A stretch of 64,000 nt of DNA, taken from assembly GCA_964016885.1 (NCBI GenBank), contig OZ024761.1, forward strand, positions 11,408,001-11,472,000, written 5' to 3'. The position numbers and the translations under genes were made by a program. The stretch comes from Eledone cirrhosa. Taxonomy: Eukaryota. The notes beneath the pieces are model-generated. The model ran no database searches. It was not told the DNA's origin and saw nothing but the letters and a program-made list of their open reading frames with translations. Position 1 is the stretch's first letter; each line of letters opens with the position of its first letter. Below are positions 25,944 through 38,026 of the stretch, one piece after another.

Positions 25944-26795
25944 TTACATTACTCTCTATATACTATTGTATTTTCACAGTAAAGGCTTTACCTTACATAA
26001 CATTTACATTACTCTATATATACTATTGTATTTTCACAGTAAAGGCTTTACCTCACATAATATCTCACATAACATTTACATTACTCTATATATACTATTG
26101 TATTTTCACAGTAAAGGCTTTACCTCACATAATATCTCACATAACATTTACATTACTCTATATATACTATTGTATTTTCACAGTAAAGGCTTTACCTCAC
26201 ATAATATCTCACATAACATTTACATTACTCTATATATACTATTGTATTTTCACAGTAAAGGCTTTACCTCACATAATATCTCACATAACATTTACATTAC
26301 TCTATATATACTATTGTATTTTCACAGTAAAGGCTTTACCTCACATAATATCTCACATAACATTTACATTACTCTATATATACTATTGTATTTTCACAGT
26401 AAAGGCTTTACCTCACATAATATCTCACATAACATTTACATTACTCTATATATACTATTGTATTTTCACAGTAAAGGCTTTACCTCACATAATATCTCAC
26501 ATAACATTTACATTACTCTATATATACTATTGTATTTTCACAGTAAAGGCTTTACCTCACATAATATCTCACACAACATTTACATTACTCTATATATACT
26601 ATTGTATTTTCACAGTAAAGGCTTTACCTCACATAATATCTCACATAACATTTACATTACTCTCTATATACTATTGTATTTTCACAGTAAAGGCTTTACC
26701 TCACATAATATCTCACATAACATTTACATTACTCTCTATATACTATTGTATTTTCACAGTAAAGGCTTTACCTCACATAATATCTCACATAACAT
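25944..26795 (+). repeat. 72-bp satellite, left part (about 12 copies)
   Basis: Unit ttacattactctatatatactattgtattttcacagtaaaggctttacctcacataatatctcacataacat, near-identical copies. Confidence 0.97.
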
Positions 26796-27007
26796 CTCGT
26801 ATACGAGAGACGTGTGTTGACGTGTGTGAACAAGCTCGGCTACCGAGTCGGATTTACTTACTCAAAAAGTGAGTTTTGATTAATTTTTTTTATACTGTAA
26901 TATACGTTAACCCCTTGCCTTGGTCGTCAAACTTTGAGTTTATTTATTTTCGCCCCTTTTTGGGGCGAATTTTCCAGTTAAAAATTTATTACGGCAAACT
27001 AATAGAA

Positions 27008-28750
27008 ATGGACGGAATTTTCACATCTCATCCTAACGTGAAAGCCACGCCCCCTAAGAAAGGTGATACAGAGAAGCTAGAAGCACAAGGCTCTAAGTCT
27101 TCCCTCCTCACTTCTGCAAAAGAAACATGGAACACGGAATTAAAAGAAAAATTTGTAGAAATGGGTGAAAACCCAGAAAGTCACATAAACGCAGACAAAA
27201 ACATCAACGACAATAACAGCAATAGTCACAACACCAACCAAGGAAAAAATAACGATAACACCAAACAAAGTGAACCCACTACTGGTACCTCCTTTGCACA
27301 GGCGGTCCGGAAAACACAAACCTGCAAGCAACTGGACATTACAACTCTGAGAGAAAAGATGAAGGAAGCGAAACAGTATGTAACTTTCAAAGAAGGAGGA
27401 GACTTCACAATCACCTCCCCACAAGAAATCAAAAGAGACACGACGCTAAGAACGATATCTTTCAGAACAATTTCCAACATAACAAGGAAACCAACTCAAT
27501 TATCCCAAAAAGAGATTGAGCTGGTCCTAAAAAATGTGTGGAGTGATATATCGTTCATACAAAAAGGGCCACTCTATGGGAATATAACGGTCCTAATGAA
27601 GGATCAATTGACGGCCAGGAAATACTCTGTGGCACCAATTGTTTCCAAGATATATACATTTTTCCCCACATATTTAGGGAAAAGAACGCAGAAGATAAGG
27701 GTCTCCGGAATCCGGCCAAATGCATGCATTTCCTGGGTACTAACAGGATTTTTAGAAGACGAGGACGGAATCCTCTCAGTAGGAGAAGTCACCACAGACG
27801 TTTTCGGCGGTTTGAGCGTGGAGGTTCTGGTCCAAATGAGACCAGAACGAATCGCTAGAATACCACAGAGGGTGTCCCTCGATGGAGAAACATTTATATA
27901 TATTTCAGCCGAGGGTAGGAGGCCCATATGTTACTACTGTTCAAGCAGGGGTCATCTAAGGGCTGCTTGTCCTCAATTGACAAAAAAAAAGGCTCTTTTG
28001 CCTACACCCCACACACCACCACCGCCACCACCACCACCACCACCACCTCCACCACCACCACCACAACAACAACAAAAACAACAGGGAAAAATAACACAAG
28101 ACACGGCCCCACCCAAAACAACTCCCAAAACACACACAAATACAACAAAACCCCAAAATACACCACTACCCGACAGCACGGACGAGGACCCAGCGGAAAC
28201 GGCACCTAGTGACGAAGAGGGGGAACCCTTCCAACCTGTAAAAAGGAAAAAAAGAAAGCACCACTCGAACATAAACGAAACAAACACACAACCACCAACA
28301 AAAACAAAACAAACAGAACAAACAAAATCCGCCCCACCCCAAAACATAACACATACAACAAAACGTAAGCACACACAAGAACAACAAACAAACACAACAC
28401 AAATAAAACAGTATACATACATTAACACAAATAACAAAGAACTAGTAAAAACAATACACAAAGACCCTTTGGTGGAAACTGAAGGGCAATTCTTTGCAAG
28501 CGCGGCCAACAAACCGCATTTAAAAATGATAAGACTCCCAATGGACACCTATGCAAAACTAAGAGAGAACTTTCCTGAGGACGTGGGGAAAACATGTACT
28601 CGACCCTATAACCGCGTCCTCTTGAAACGTTTCCCCACCCACACCTCACCAAACACCCCCACTCCACCACAGAACAACACCCCACCAAACAACCCCTCCA
28701 ATACGCCCATGGATATTGTGCAACCTGCTCCTCAGGAGCCGAACAGGTAG
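27008..28750 (+). CDS. LINE ORF1 (gag-like, CCHC zinc knuckle)
   Basis: Open frame 26876-28750, first ATG 27008 (MDGIFTSH). Contains the CYYCSSRGHLRAAC knuckle, a Pro/Thr/Gln-rich tail and basic KRKKRK. Confidence 0.85.
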   Translation: MDGIFTSHPNVKATPPKKGDTEKLEAQGSKSSLLTSAKETWNTELKEKFVEMGENPESHINADKNINDNNSNSHNTNQGKNNDNTKQSEPTTGTSFAQAVRKTQTCKQLDITTLREKMKEAKQYVTFKEGGDFTITSPQEIKRDTTLRTISFRTISNITRKPTQLSQKEIELVLKNVWSDISFIQKGPLYGNITVLMKDQLTARKYSVAPIVSKIYTFFPTYLGKRTQKIRVSGIRPNACISWVLTGFLEDEDGILSVGEVTTDVFGGLSVEVLVQMRPERIARIPQRVSLDGETFIYISAEGRRPICYYCSSRGHLRAACPQLTKKKALLPTPHTPPPPPPPPPPPPPPPPQQQQKQQGKITQDTAPPKTTPKTHTNTTKPQNTPLPDSTDEDPAETAPSDEEGEPFQPVKRKKRKHHSNINETNTQPPTKTKQTEQTKSAPPQNITHTTKRKHTQEQQTNTTQIKQYTYINTNNKELVKTIHKDPLVETEGQFFASAANKPHLKMIRLPMDTYAKLRENFPEDVGKTCTRPYNRVLLKRFPTHTSPNTPTPPQNNTPPNNPSNTPMDIVQPAPQEPNR

Positions 28751-28771
28751 GTCCTTCCTCTTTTAACCAAC

Positions 28772-31700
28772 ATGGCTGATATAAGAGTTGGGTTTCTGAA
28801 TGTACGTGGCCTGGGACTGTCTTGGAAACAAGGCAAACTTTTAAACGATCTCAGGTCACATAGAATGGATGTAATGGCTATTTGCGAGTCCAGGATCAGC
28901 AGCGAGCACCAACTGGCGCCCCTCTTCGACGACTTTGAGATCTTCGCATCTCTCTGTCAACCGGGGGGTGGGGGTGGAGTTGTCGTTCTGCTGCGAAAAC
29001 ACCTGGGCCTCGCCATACAGAAGGTGCACCTGGACCCGGAGGGTCGACTGGTGGTTTTAGACGTCGGCAGTAGTGAAAGTGGAGCCCTTAGACTAATAGC
29101 TGTGTACGCCCCTTTTTGGGCAGCGCGGCCGGAATACTTCCAACGTCTGGAAACTTTTCTGGGAACGTCCCGCTCCTTGCTTTTAGTGGGGGACTGGAAT
29201 GGTATCCTGGATGCACGTTGGGACTATGTAGGGGCATGTGCCAATAGAGGGGGGTGTAAAAGCCTCAAAAGGTTAATCGGCCGATTTGACCTGGCCGATA
29301 GATATCGACTAGATTTTCCGACTGTACCACTATGGACGTGGACCAATCGCAGTGAAACATCTAGGTCGTACCTAGATAGGGTCCTAGTTAGAGAGAACGA
29401 TAGGGACACATTTAGCTGTCCAAAAATGTTCATGGTTGACTATTCGGATCACAAGTTAGTGACCTGCATAGCCAACCTTGATAGAACCCATAGACAGGGA
29501 CCCGGTTACTGGAAGCTGAACTTGTCCTTACCGAGAAGCAAAGCTTACAGTAAACGGATTAGCACGTTAGTTAAGCAGAATTTGACAGGGGCAATTGTCA
29601 ACAACAGGTGGTGGAGCTCTCTTAAGAGAGCAATTAGAATAGAATCGATAGGTTTTAGTCAGGAATTAGCAAGGGATAGGAACAAGACGGAAAGGGAATT
29701 AGTAGATAGAGTAGAAGAGGCGATTAGGAGTGGCAATGTAGCCGGCGTGCTGGCATCAAGAATGGCCTTAGACCAGTTCTTTGAGGTGAAGCATGAAGGC
29801 TGCGTTGTCAGGAGTAAAATACGTGCTCTGGGTAATGAGGGAGCCAAAGCTGTAAGCTGGGCCCGAGTGATAGAGGCAAAAAGTGGGAACAAGTCCACGA
29901 TTCGGTCTTTGAAGGACCAGGATGGGCGTGTGATCCTTGAACCTGGGCAGATGTGTGCGGCCTTTCAGCGGCACTTTGCACGACTGTTCGAGAGGGGCGG
30001 CGCGCCGGGTGAGACTATGGATTTCAATCCATACCTCGACGGTCTGCCGCGCCTCTCGGACGCGGAGGCGAAGTCCTGCGAAAGGACGATTTCAGCTGCT
30101 GAGATAGGGGCGGCGCTGAGCCAATGCGGCAAACGCAAATCCCCGGGTCTCGATGGTCTACCATACGAGCTATATGTAGCGATGCCGGACTTGTTCTCCG
30201 ATATCCTCGAAGCGGTCTACTGCAACTGGCAGCAGAACGGGAGAATTCCCAGTTCTGTGACCAAGGGCGTAGTTACGCTGGTGAGGAAGGATGAGAACAA
30301 GGGGGATGACATAAGTAACTTCAGGCCCATAACTCTGCTAAATACAGAGTTAAAGATTTTGGCCAAGGTGTTAGCGAAGAGGTTGGCGCTTGTCGTTGGA
30401 AACCTGGTGGGAGAAGCGCAGACATGCGCAATCCCGTCCAGGTCCATTCACGACAATCTCCACCTTATGCGATACATCATAGAGAGGGTAGGGAATGAAC
30501 CCGGCTTTGGTGGGGCCCTGATCAACTTGGATCAATCTAAAGCTTTCGATAGGGTTGACCATCGTTACCTGGATGCGGTGCTCGCGGCGGCAGGCTTCGG
30601 ACCCGTTTTCAGGGGTTGGATTGCTGCGATGCACAGCAGCAACGTCTGCTCAAGGGTCAAGGTGAACGGCCACCTCTCGGAGCCGTTCCAAATCATGCGA
30701 TCCATCCGACAGGGATGCCCTCTCTCCTCCCTACTGTATGTGCTGGCTCTTGAGCCACTACTGCGGAAGTTGGAGCGGTTGCAGGGCATCCCTTTGGAAC
30801 CGGGATTGCAGAAAGCGGCGTCGGCCTACGCCGATGACGTGACAGTAATGGTGTCGAAAACCTCGCAAATCGGTGAGATCGGCACCTTACTGGAGGAATA
30901 TGAAAGGTTTACAGGAGCCAAGCTGAACCGGGACAAGTCCGTCGGTTTGCAACTCGGAACATGGAGAGGCAAACCGATGCCCTCCAACGACGTCGTCGGA
31001 CGCTGGACGGAGGGCCCGGTGAAGCTGCTTGGGGTCTGGTTCGGACCAGACCTCCAGGTGGAGAAAAACTGGAACGAGGTAACGGCCAGGGTGTTTGCAC
31101 TCACCCAGAAGTGGGCCCAGTGCAAACTATCCCTGAAAGGTCGAGCGGAGGTGGCGAATACTTATATAGCATCCGTCATCTACTACCGCTTGACCGTCGT
31201 GCCTTGCCCAGTGAAAAGACTCGCCAAAATGGAGTGCGCGCTGTTCCAATTTCTTTGGAACAAGCGGACCCCTTTGGTGAGGAGATCCATCTGCTGTCAA
31301 CACCCTTCGAAAGGAGGGCTGGGGATGCCGTGGCTACAGATGCGTAAACACGCATTAAGGCTACGGCACCTCCAGGTATTCCTCACCGGTCAACCGGTGT
31401 GGGCCCCGTTTGTGAGGCGAGCCTTTCCCAGACTCGTCTCGCTCACCGAGCTGCAATCCTGGGTCAAGCAAAGACCGAGAAAAGTGGGCGACTGGCACAT
31501 TGAATGTGCCCAGGCGCTCACGGCCCTCTGGAAAGCGGACCCCGCAATCAGTGGAGACTCCACCTCGACATTCTATAGAGGGTTGGTACGCAGCAGGTGC
31601 GACGATGCTCTCGGAGAAGCTCTAGGCATGGAGGAAGATGAACTGGCCAGTCTGTTCGGTAGGACGTTTGGCCCTGGACCGATGGACAACTTCCAAAAGT

Positions 31701-32209
31701 CCCTGGCTTGGCAGTGCTACCGAGGGGCTCTACCCGTTCGAGACAAGCTCCACAGACATGGGAGCCTGGGTAGAGATCCTTTGAATAAGATCTGTCCGAG
31801 ATGCGTGCATGATGACGAAACCGTTGCGCACGCATTCGTACACTGCCCAGGCATTGCTGACCTGTGGGGCTATGTGGAACGACTACTGTCGAGGGTGGGA
31901 CCAATCCGGTTGACCACCGAGTCCATTGTCACGATCAAACCGCCTCCCCCTTTCAAAAACGAAGGAGAGGCGGTTTTTCTCTGTGTGGTAGCCATGGCTA
32001 AAGAAGTTGTATGGTGGACGAGGCTGAAAGGGCTGAGGTCAGACACCTTTCTCTCCGGCCAACAACTGGTCCCCTTTTTCAAATACCATTTTAAAAGAAG
32101 GATCAGAATGGAGAGAGAGGTGCTCTACCCCAGCAAGTTTTATGAAAGGTGGGTGAAAGTAGGGAGAATGGCCAGAGTGAATGGGTCTTCTCTCTATATC
32201 AGCCTGTAG
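28772..32209 (+). CDS. LINE ORF2: APE endonuclease + reverse transcriptase + C-terminal zinc finger, 1145 aa
   Basis: EN motifs NVRGL, GDWN, SYLDR, SDH. RT motifs KSPGLDG, FRPITLLN, DQSKAFDRV, RQGCPLS, YADD. C-terminal CPRC..HAFVHC. Confidence 0.96.
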   Translation: MADIRVGFLNVRGLGLSWKQGKLLNDLRSHRMDVMAICESRISSEHQLAPLFDDFEIFASLCQPGGGGGVVVLLRKHLGLAIQKVHLDPEGRLVVLDVGSSESGALRLIAVYAPFWAARPEYFQRLETFLGTSRSLLLVGDWNGILDARWDYVGACANRGGCKSLKRLIGRFDLADRYRLDFPTVPLWTWTNRSETSRSYLDRVLVRENDRDTFSCPKMFMVDYSDHKLVTCIANLDRTHRQGPGYWKLNLSLPRSKAYSKRISTLVKQNLTGAIVNNRWWSSLKRAIRIESIGFSQELARDRNKTERELVDRVEEAIRSGNVAGVLASRMALDQFFEVKHEGCVVRSKIRALGNEGAKAVSWARVIEAKSGNKSTIRSLKDQDGRVILEPGQMCAAFQRHFARLFERGGAPGETMDFNPYLDGLPRLSDAEAKSCERTISAAEIGAALSQCGKRKSPGLDGLPYELYVAMPDLFSDILEAVYCNWQQNGRIPSSVTKGVVTLVRKDENKGDDISNFRPITLLNTELKILAKVLAKRLALVVGNLVGEAQTCAIPSRSIHDNLHLMRYIIERVGNEPGFGGALINLDQSKAFDRVDHRYLDAVLAAAGFGPVFRGWIAAMHSSNVCSRVKVNGHLSEPFQIMRSIRQGCPLSSLLYVLALEPLLRKLERLQGIPLEPGLQKAASAYADDVTVMVSKTSQIGEIGTLLEEYERFTGAKLNRDKSVGLQLGTWRGKPMPSNDVVGRWTEGPVKLLGVWFGPDLQVEKNWNEVTARVFALTQKWAQCKLSLKGRAEVANTYIASVIYYRLTVVPCPVKRLAKMECALFQFLWNKRTPLVRRSICCQHPSKGGLGMPWLQMRKHALRLRHLQVFLTGQPVWAPFVRRAFPRLVSLTELQSWVKQRPRKVGDWHIECAQALTALWKADPAISGDSTSTFYRGLVRSRCDDALGEALGMEEDELASLFGRTFGPGPMDNFQKSLAWQCYRGALPVRDKLHRHGSLGRDPLNKICPRCVHDDETVAHAFVHCPGIADLWGYVERLLSRVGPIRLTTESIVTIKPPPPFKNEGEAVFLCVVAMAKEVVWWTRLKGLRSDTFLSGQQLVPFFKYHFKRRIRMEREVLYPSKFYERWVKVGRMARVNGSSLYISL

Positions 32210-32445
32210 GTGAAAGAAGAGGAAAAAGCGGAGACGAGGGAAGCATCTACTCTTTGTGCTCCTGAGGAGAAGGGTTGCACATTTTTTCCGGGGTGTGTGC
32301 GACCCATGTTAATGCCCCTCCCTATTGAGGACTTCGTTTGTTGTTGTTATTTCATTGTTATATTTTTGTACTCGTTAATTATATGTAAACTTCCCCCCTT
32401 GTATCTGTCCCTACCTTTCGTGCCCTAGTGGCAAATAAAGAAACC

Positions 32446-33075
32446 ACTCTATATATACTATTGTATTTTCACAGTAAAGGCTTTACCTCACATAATATCT
32501 CACATAACATTTACATTACTCTATATATACTATTGTATTTTCACAGTAAAGGCTTTACCTCACATAATATCTCACATAACATTTACATTACTCTATATAT
32601 ACTATTGTATTTTCACAGTAAAGGCTTTACCTCACATAATATCTCACATAACATTTACATTACTCTATATATACTATTGTATTTTCACAGTAAAGGCTTT
32701 ACCTCACATAATATCTCACATAACATTTACATTGCTCTATATATACTATTGTATTTTCACAGTAAAGGCTTTACCTCACATAATATCTCACATAACATTT
32801 ACATTACTCTATATATACTATTGTATTTTCACAGTAAAGGCTTTACCTCACATAATATCTCACATAACATTTACATTACTCTATATATACTATTGTATTT
32901 TCACTGTAAAGACTTTACCTCACATAATATCTCACATAACATTTACATTACTCTATATATACTATTGTATTTTCACAGTAAAGGCTTTACCTCACATAAT
33001 ATCTCACATAACATTTACATTACTCTATATATACTATTGTATTTTCACAGTAAAGGCTTTATCTCATATAATATC
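32446..33075 (+). repeat. 72-bp satellite, right part (about 9 copies)
   Basis: Same unit resumes immediately after the LINE 3' end. Confidence 0.97.
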
Positions 33076-33337
33076 GAATCTATGAGATTTTGATTTTATT
33101 TGTTTTGAGAACACCTTAACATGAGTATGACCAGCCAGATACAGCCAGTTTGAACAGAAAATTCTGGCCAGATACAGCCGGTTTAAATGCTAAAGGGTTA
33201 ATGTCTATCTTTGATGCTTGTGTGGATTAGAGAAGCTGTCGCGTTATAAGGTCAGACAGGTGAGGACTATGGTCTGCTCATTTGTTTCTGTTTAGGGCTT
33301 GGTTTTCTATAGTTGGATACCTTTCCTAATGCCAACC

Positions 33338-33675
33338 AGTTTACAGAGTGGGCTGGGTGCTTTAGTGGTGGCACCAGCACCACCACTTTACTGAGTGTAC
33401 TGGGTGCTCTTTGTCGTGGCAGTATCACTACCACTTTACAGGGTGAACTGGGTACTCTTTGCCGTAGCATCAGCAGTGAAACTTTACAGGGTGGACAGGG
33501 TGCTTTAGTTGTGGCACCATTATTGGTACTTTACAGGGTGAACTTGGGGATTTAGTTGCAGCACCAGCACTACCACTTTACAGGGTGGACTGGGTGCTTT
33601 GTCATGGCACCAGCACTACCACTTTACAGGGTGGACTGGGTGCTTATCATGGCACCAGCACTACAACCTTACAGA
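33338..33675. repeat. About 48-bp degenerate tandem repeat from a SINE/RTE-type segment
   Basis: ggcaccagcactaccactttacagggtggactgggtgcttt; a related monomer lies near 60200-60270. Confidence 0.7.
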
Positions 33676-33961
33676 GGCCGACCAAAGAAGAACTGGATTG
33701 ATCTGAAAGTCTAAAGCCTGTCTCAAGTCAGAGGCTCAGCAGGTTGGTGCTTCTGTCTGTTCCCCTTTAATAGAGTGGTTTTGTTTTTATTAGAAACTGT
33801 TCAATTATTTTAAAATAATGTCAACGGCCTTTCATGACATTGTGAGGTTTTGTATATTGTCTACCGCCAGAGATATAATATTTCTATACCAACATATGAT
33901 ATGTTAATATTTCAACTGAGGAGTGGTGCAATTGTGAAGACTATTTAACTGAGTTTTATTA

Positions 33962-34935
33962 TTGGCAGTATCGGTAGAGGGTCGGACATGCTTTCCAGCA
34001 TAGTTACGTCCCTTTACGGTCTGAGTTCAAATCCCGCCGAGGTTAACTTTGCCTTTCATCCTTACGAGGTCGAAAAAAATAATATACGAGTAATGTACTG
34101 GGTAATTGCTGGCCTTGTGCCAAAAGTAGAAATAATTATTAATTAATTTATTATTATTATTATTATGGTGGAAGAGGGTGAGGATTTGGCAAAAATCGGC
34201 GGAGTCTCGGACAAGAATTATTTGCAGCATTTAGTTACAATCTTTTACGCTCTGAGCTCAAATCCTGCCGAGGTTAGCTTTGCTTTTCATCATTTCGTAG
34301 TCGATAAAATAAAATACCAGTCGAATTAATCAACTTGCCCCCCCCCCCCCCCCCCGCAAATTGTTGGCCTTGTGCCTTAATTAGAAATCATTATTAGGGT
34401 AGAATATTGTCAGAATTGTTAGAGTATTGAACAAAATACTTTGATGTGTTTGTTCCAAATGTTCATTGAAACCATACCGAGGTTAACTTTGCATTTCATC
34501 CTTTCGAGGCCAGTAAAGTAAAGTACCGTTATATTCTAGACACAGAGCCAACAATTGTACGGGAAGCGGTAAATTCTGGTACTTTACTTTGTTCATCCTG
34601 GAACAGCGTAAAGGAAAGTTGACCTCAGCAGGAGTTATAAATCTTTATGGACATTAACACAAGACCAACAGTTTAGTGGGGTGGGGTTGGGGGTTGATTA
34701 TATCGACCGTAGTACGTAACTGGTACTTTATTTTATTGACCCTTAAGGATAAATAAATAGGAAAGCTAACCGCGGCAGTACTTGGACTCAGAGCGTAAAG
34801 GAACTATTTTATAATAGATTTTGGGGGATGGGAAAGTCAATTAAATTGACCCCAGTTCCTTACTGGTATTTTATTTTATTGACCCCCGTAAGCCAAAGCT
34901 AACCTCGGCGGGATTTCAACTCAGAAGGCAAAGGG
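33962..34935. mobile_element. Cluster of five to six SINE family 1/related copies in both orientations upstream of TMEM101
   Basis: Repeated B-box and core motifs at about 33962, 34186 and 34400 (+) and about 34570, 34680 and 34830 (-). Confidence 0.75.
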
Positions 34936-35216
34936 ACAAGTTTTTAATATATCAAAATAGTCGCTAATTAATAAAAAAAAAAAAAGTGCTGATAAGAGTT
35001 ATCTCCCTATAATATTTCAAGTGTGACGTTAAAATTGACAGAGTCATTATTGTATCTCACACTCTACATGTGCGTACGTACATTATAACTACTGTGTGTA
35101 TATATATATAGTGATATCTGCTTCAGAATTAGACAATATAAACAGGACAGAGTGAAAGAGATAGGTATAAATTTGAAGGCATTAAAAGCCCATGTATATA
35201 TTTATAGACGTGAATC

Positions 35217-35335
35217 ATGTTTCAAACTTGGAAAAGACGATCTGTGCAAGTTTGTGTTTTCATTCTCTCCCGGTTTCCATTCCTTAATGCTATTAGTTTA
35301 TTAATGCTTCTAGGAGAACTGGCTGTCCAAGAGAG
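35217..35335 (+). CDS. TMEM101: TMEM101-like exon 1
   Basis: ATG at 35217 to gag|gtaag. MFQTWKRRSVQVCVFILSRFPFLNAISLLMLLGELAVQE resembles the TMEM101 N-terminus (LLTRCPF..LMLYAERA). Confidence 0.78.
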
Positions 35336-37044
35336 GTAAGAAGCCGATACAATTATCTATTTATTACTAATTGTTTTATTTTTACATCTATGTTACTTCT
35401 GTTATCGTAGTTTTTACACGAACCTCCACAACATTATATCGTCCTGTGTCATTCTTAATGTTTTCTTTATGTCAGCACTTTCTGGTTAATAAGGAAATCA
35501 CCATTATTATTATTATTATTGTTGTTGTTGTTATTATAAATCCACTATCTGATTTCTCTCGAAGTTAACTTACTTCTATATATGGTTGTTATTCTTTAGT
35601 CAGCGATCAACCCTGGACGAGTAGACCTACGATTGAACAAAAACATCCCATTTGTGACAATCCAGTCTGTTTTCAGTTGTAGTATATCTTGGAATACATT
35701 ATTCAATGTGTCCTTCTTTATTTTATTTTATTAACAACGGACAGTAGTGTGTGATTTGAGGTAGATTTGGCGGCTATTTTTAGCAGATCTAGCTGCCGAA
35801 TAAGCTACTCCGTTGTCTTGGCTGCTCAATTCGTTTATAAATAAATACCCACCACTGCAAAAATAAAAAAAAATACACCATCAAATAAATAGAATCTAAT
35901 ATCAAATCGCAAGCAACGATCTTTAATAAGTCTTCTTTCTAAACATTTATTTAAAATATATAAATATATTTAGTGTTTATTATCGTTAACATTACGGTAA
36001 CAACTAATAGGTGTCAGATTTAAGTTGACATTTTTGTTTTGTCGTACCGTAAGTCTATCGTTATCACCAAATATGGGTCTTCAGACGGACTGTCTTATAT
36101 GAAAAGGGGTCGCCGCTGTGAGTCTTGTCAATTGAAGGACTAGGGTCCACTAGGAAAGGTGCGAAAAACAAATTGCTGTTTTACACGTGGACCAAAATCT
36201 GTAAAGTAATTTCTAATGAACGAATTGAAATAAATTAATTAATACCAAGTTTTTGGCAACCGCAGAAGTTATTTATTTATTTATTTACACAGTTTGTTTG
36301 CTTACGGGATTTTTTGGGGTGTGGTCGACTTTAGTGGTTATCTGTAATGGGATGTAACTTAATGTACCGAACTTCTCAATTACACAGTTCCTTTAAATTG
36401 GGGTGGGGGGTGGGCTGGAGAGACATTTTTGGTTTATTTCGAGGTAGAAATAAGATATTCATTATTCAACAGGAAATGTAAAAATACTTGGCGATCTTTC
36501 GTAAGTGTGAAACAATATAAACAACGAAATTATTGACATACATATATAGAGACAGTACAGACATACATATGTGTGTATGTACGTTAAGTATGTATGTATT
36601 TACATGTATATGTGTGTATGTATGTATGTATGTATTTACATGTATATGTGTGTATGTGTGCATGTATGTACGTTAAGTATGTATGTATTTACATGTGTAT
36701 GTATGTATGTATTTACATGTATATGTGTGTATGTATGTACGTTAAGTATGTATGTATTTACATGTATATGTGTGTATGTATGTACGTTATGTATGTATGT
36801 ATTTACATGTATATGTTTGTATGTATGTACGTTATGTATGTGTGTATTTACATGTATATGTATGTATGTATTTACATGTATATGTGTGTATGTATGTACG
36901 TTATGTATTTACATGTATATGTGTGTATGTATGTACGTGTGTATGCATGTATGTATATGTGTGTGTATGTGTATGTATGTACGTTATGTATGGCTTGTAT
37001 GTACCTGTGTATGTATGTACGTGTGTAAGTATATATGGCATGTA

Positions 37045-37452
37045 TGTATATCTCAACACAAACCAATTTATCAGGACACCCGAGCTTCCTGTGATTATTC
37101 CAATTCTATTGACTATCAAAAGCCTTTGTCAGATCGATAAACACCTGGTACAGGTCCGACTTCTGCTCAATACATTTCTTCTGCAGCTGTCTCACCATAA
37201 AGATCATATCTGTGCCCCCACCCCCCTACCATTTCTAAAGCCATATTGAGACCAGGAAGGGTTTCATCAGCGATGTTGTCAAGGAGCCTGTCCAGTATGA
37301 TCCTACAGAAGACCTTGCCTACAACAGACAGAATGGATATCCCACGGTGATTACTACAGTCGTCCCTTCCACTTTTGCCTCTAAAGAGAACCACCCTTAG
37401 TGTATTTTTGCAGTCATGTGGGACACTCCCCGCAACCCAAATCCTTGAATAG
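37045..37452 (-). mobile_element. RTE-clade LINE reverse transcriptase fragment, frameshifted, in TMEM101 intron 1
   Basis: Translates DCSNHRGISILSVVGKVFCRIILDRL and FIDLTKAFDS. Confidence 0.8.
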
Positions 37453-37848
37453 AAAGGGATGAGAGAATTCTGGCCGGATATGGCTAGTTTAAATTCATCG
37501 TAATTTTTTTTTTTTTTGTAGGAAGATGCCCCCCTGTACTTAAGCACACCTAAGCACAGGGCCCCCACTGGCCAACAGGGTCCTGTGATTAAGGACACTT
37601 ATGCCCAGATCCCCCCCCCCCCCCTCGGTCAATGGGGCCCTCTGCTTAAGCACACCAAAGCACAGGGCCCCCCTAGCCAATGGGACCCTCTGCTTAAGCA
37701 CAGCTAAGCACAGCCCCCCCCCCCCCCTCTAGCCAATGAGGCCCTCTGCTTAAGCACAATAGTAAATTTGGCACTGATACCACTGTAAAATTTGGTTTAA
37801 AAAATGATTTTATCCTTGATTGATCTTGTTTGATTTCTTTACTTTCAG

Positions 37849-38026
37849 CTACCCACCAATAAATCCTAAAGTCATATACATCCACCTGGGTTTGTTTCTA
37901 GTATGTGGTGCTCTGATGTCTGGCGTAGCAGGAGGAAAGTCAATCCCTCTTATATATGCTGGACAGTTAATATATTTTGCTTATAATTCCTACTCAAACA
38001 GCAACATGGACCGTGATTGGTTACGG
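37849..38026 (+). CDS. TMEM101: TMEM101-like exon 2
   Basis: ttcag acceptor, gtatgt donor, phase 2/0 fits. Translates YPPINPKVIYIHLGLFLVCGALMSG...QLIYFAY...DWLR. Confidence 0.82.

Larger units (their letters stand above)
26796..32445 (+). mobile_element. Full-length, apparently intact Tx1-clade (L1 group) non-LTR retrotransposon
   Basis: Short 5' UTR, two long ORFs separated by 21 bp, 3' UTR ending GGCAAATAAAGAAACC. Interrupts the 72-bp satellite on both sides. Confidence 0.93.
25933..33197. mobile_element. piggyBac-like non-autonomous element (MITE) expanded by an internal satellite and a LINE insertion
   Basis: TTAA at 25929-25932 and 33198-33201. Terminal inverted repeats CTCTTTAGCATTTA and TAAATGCTAAAGGG match at 13/14. 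Confidence 0.7.

Noticed and set aside
25922-26872. 316-aa and 284-aa repetitive ORFs (and 32428-33093)
   Set aside because: Artefact of a stop-free 72-bp unit that is a multiple of 3.
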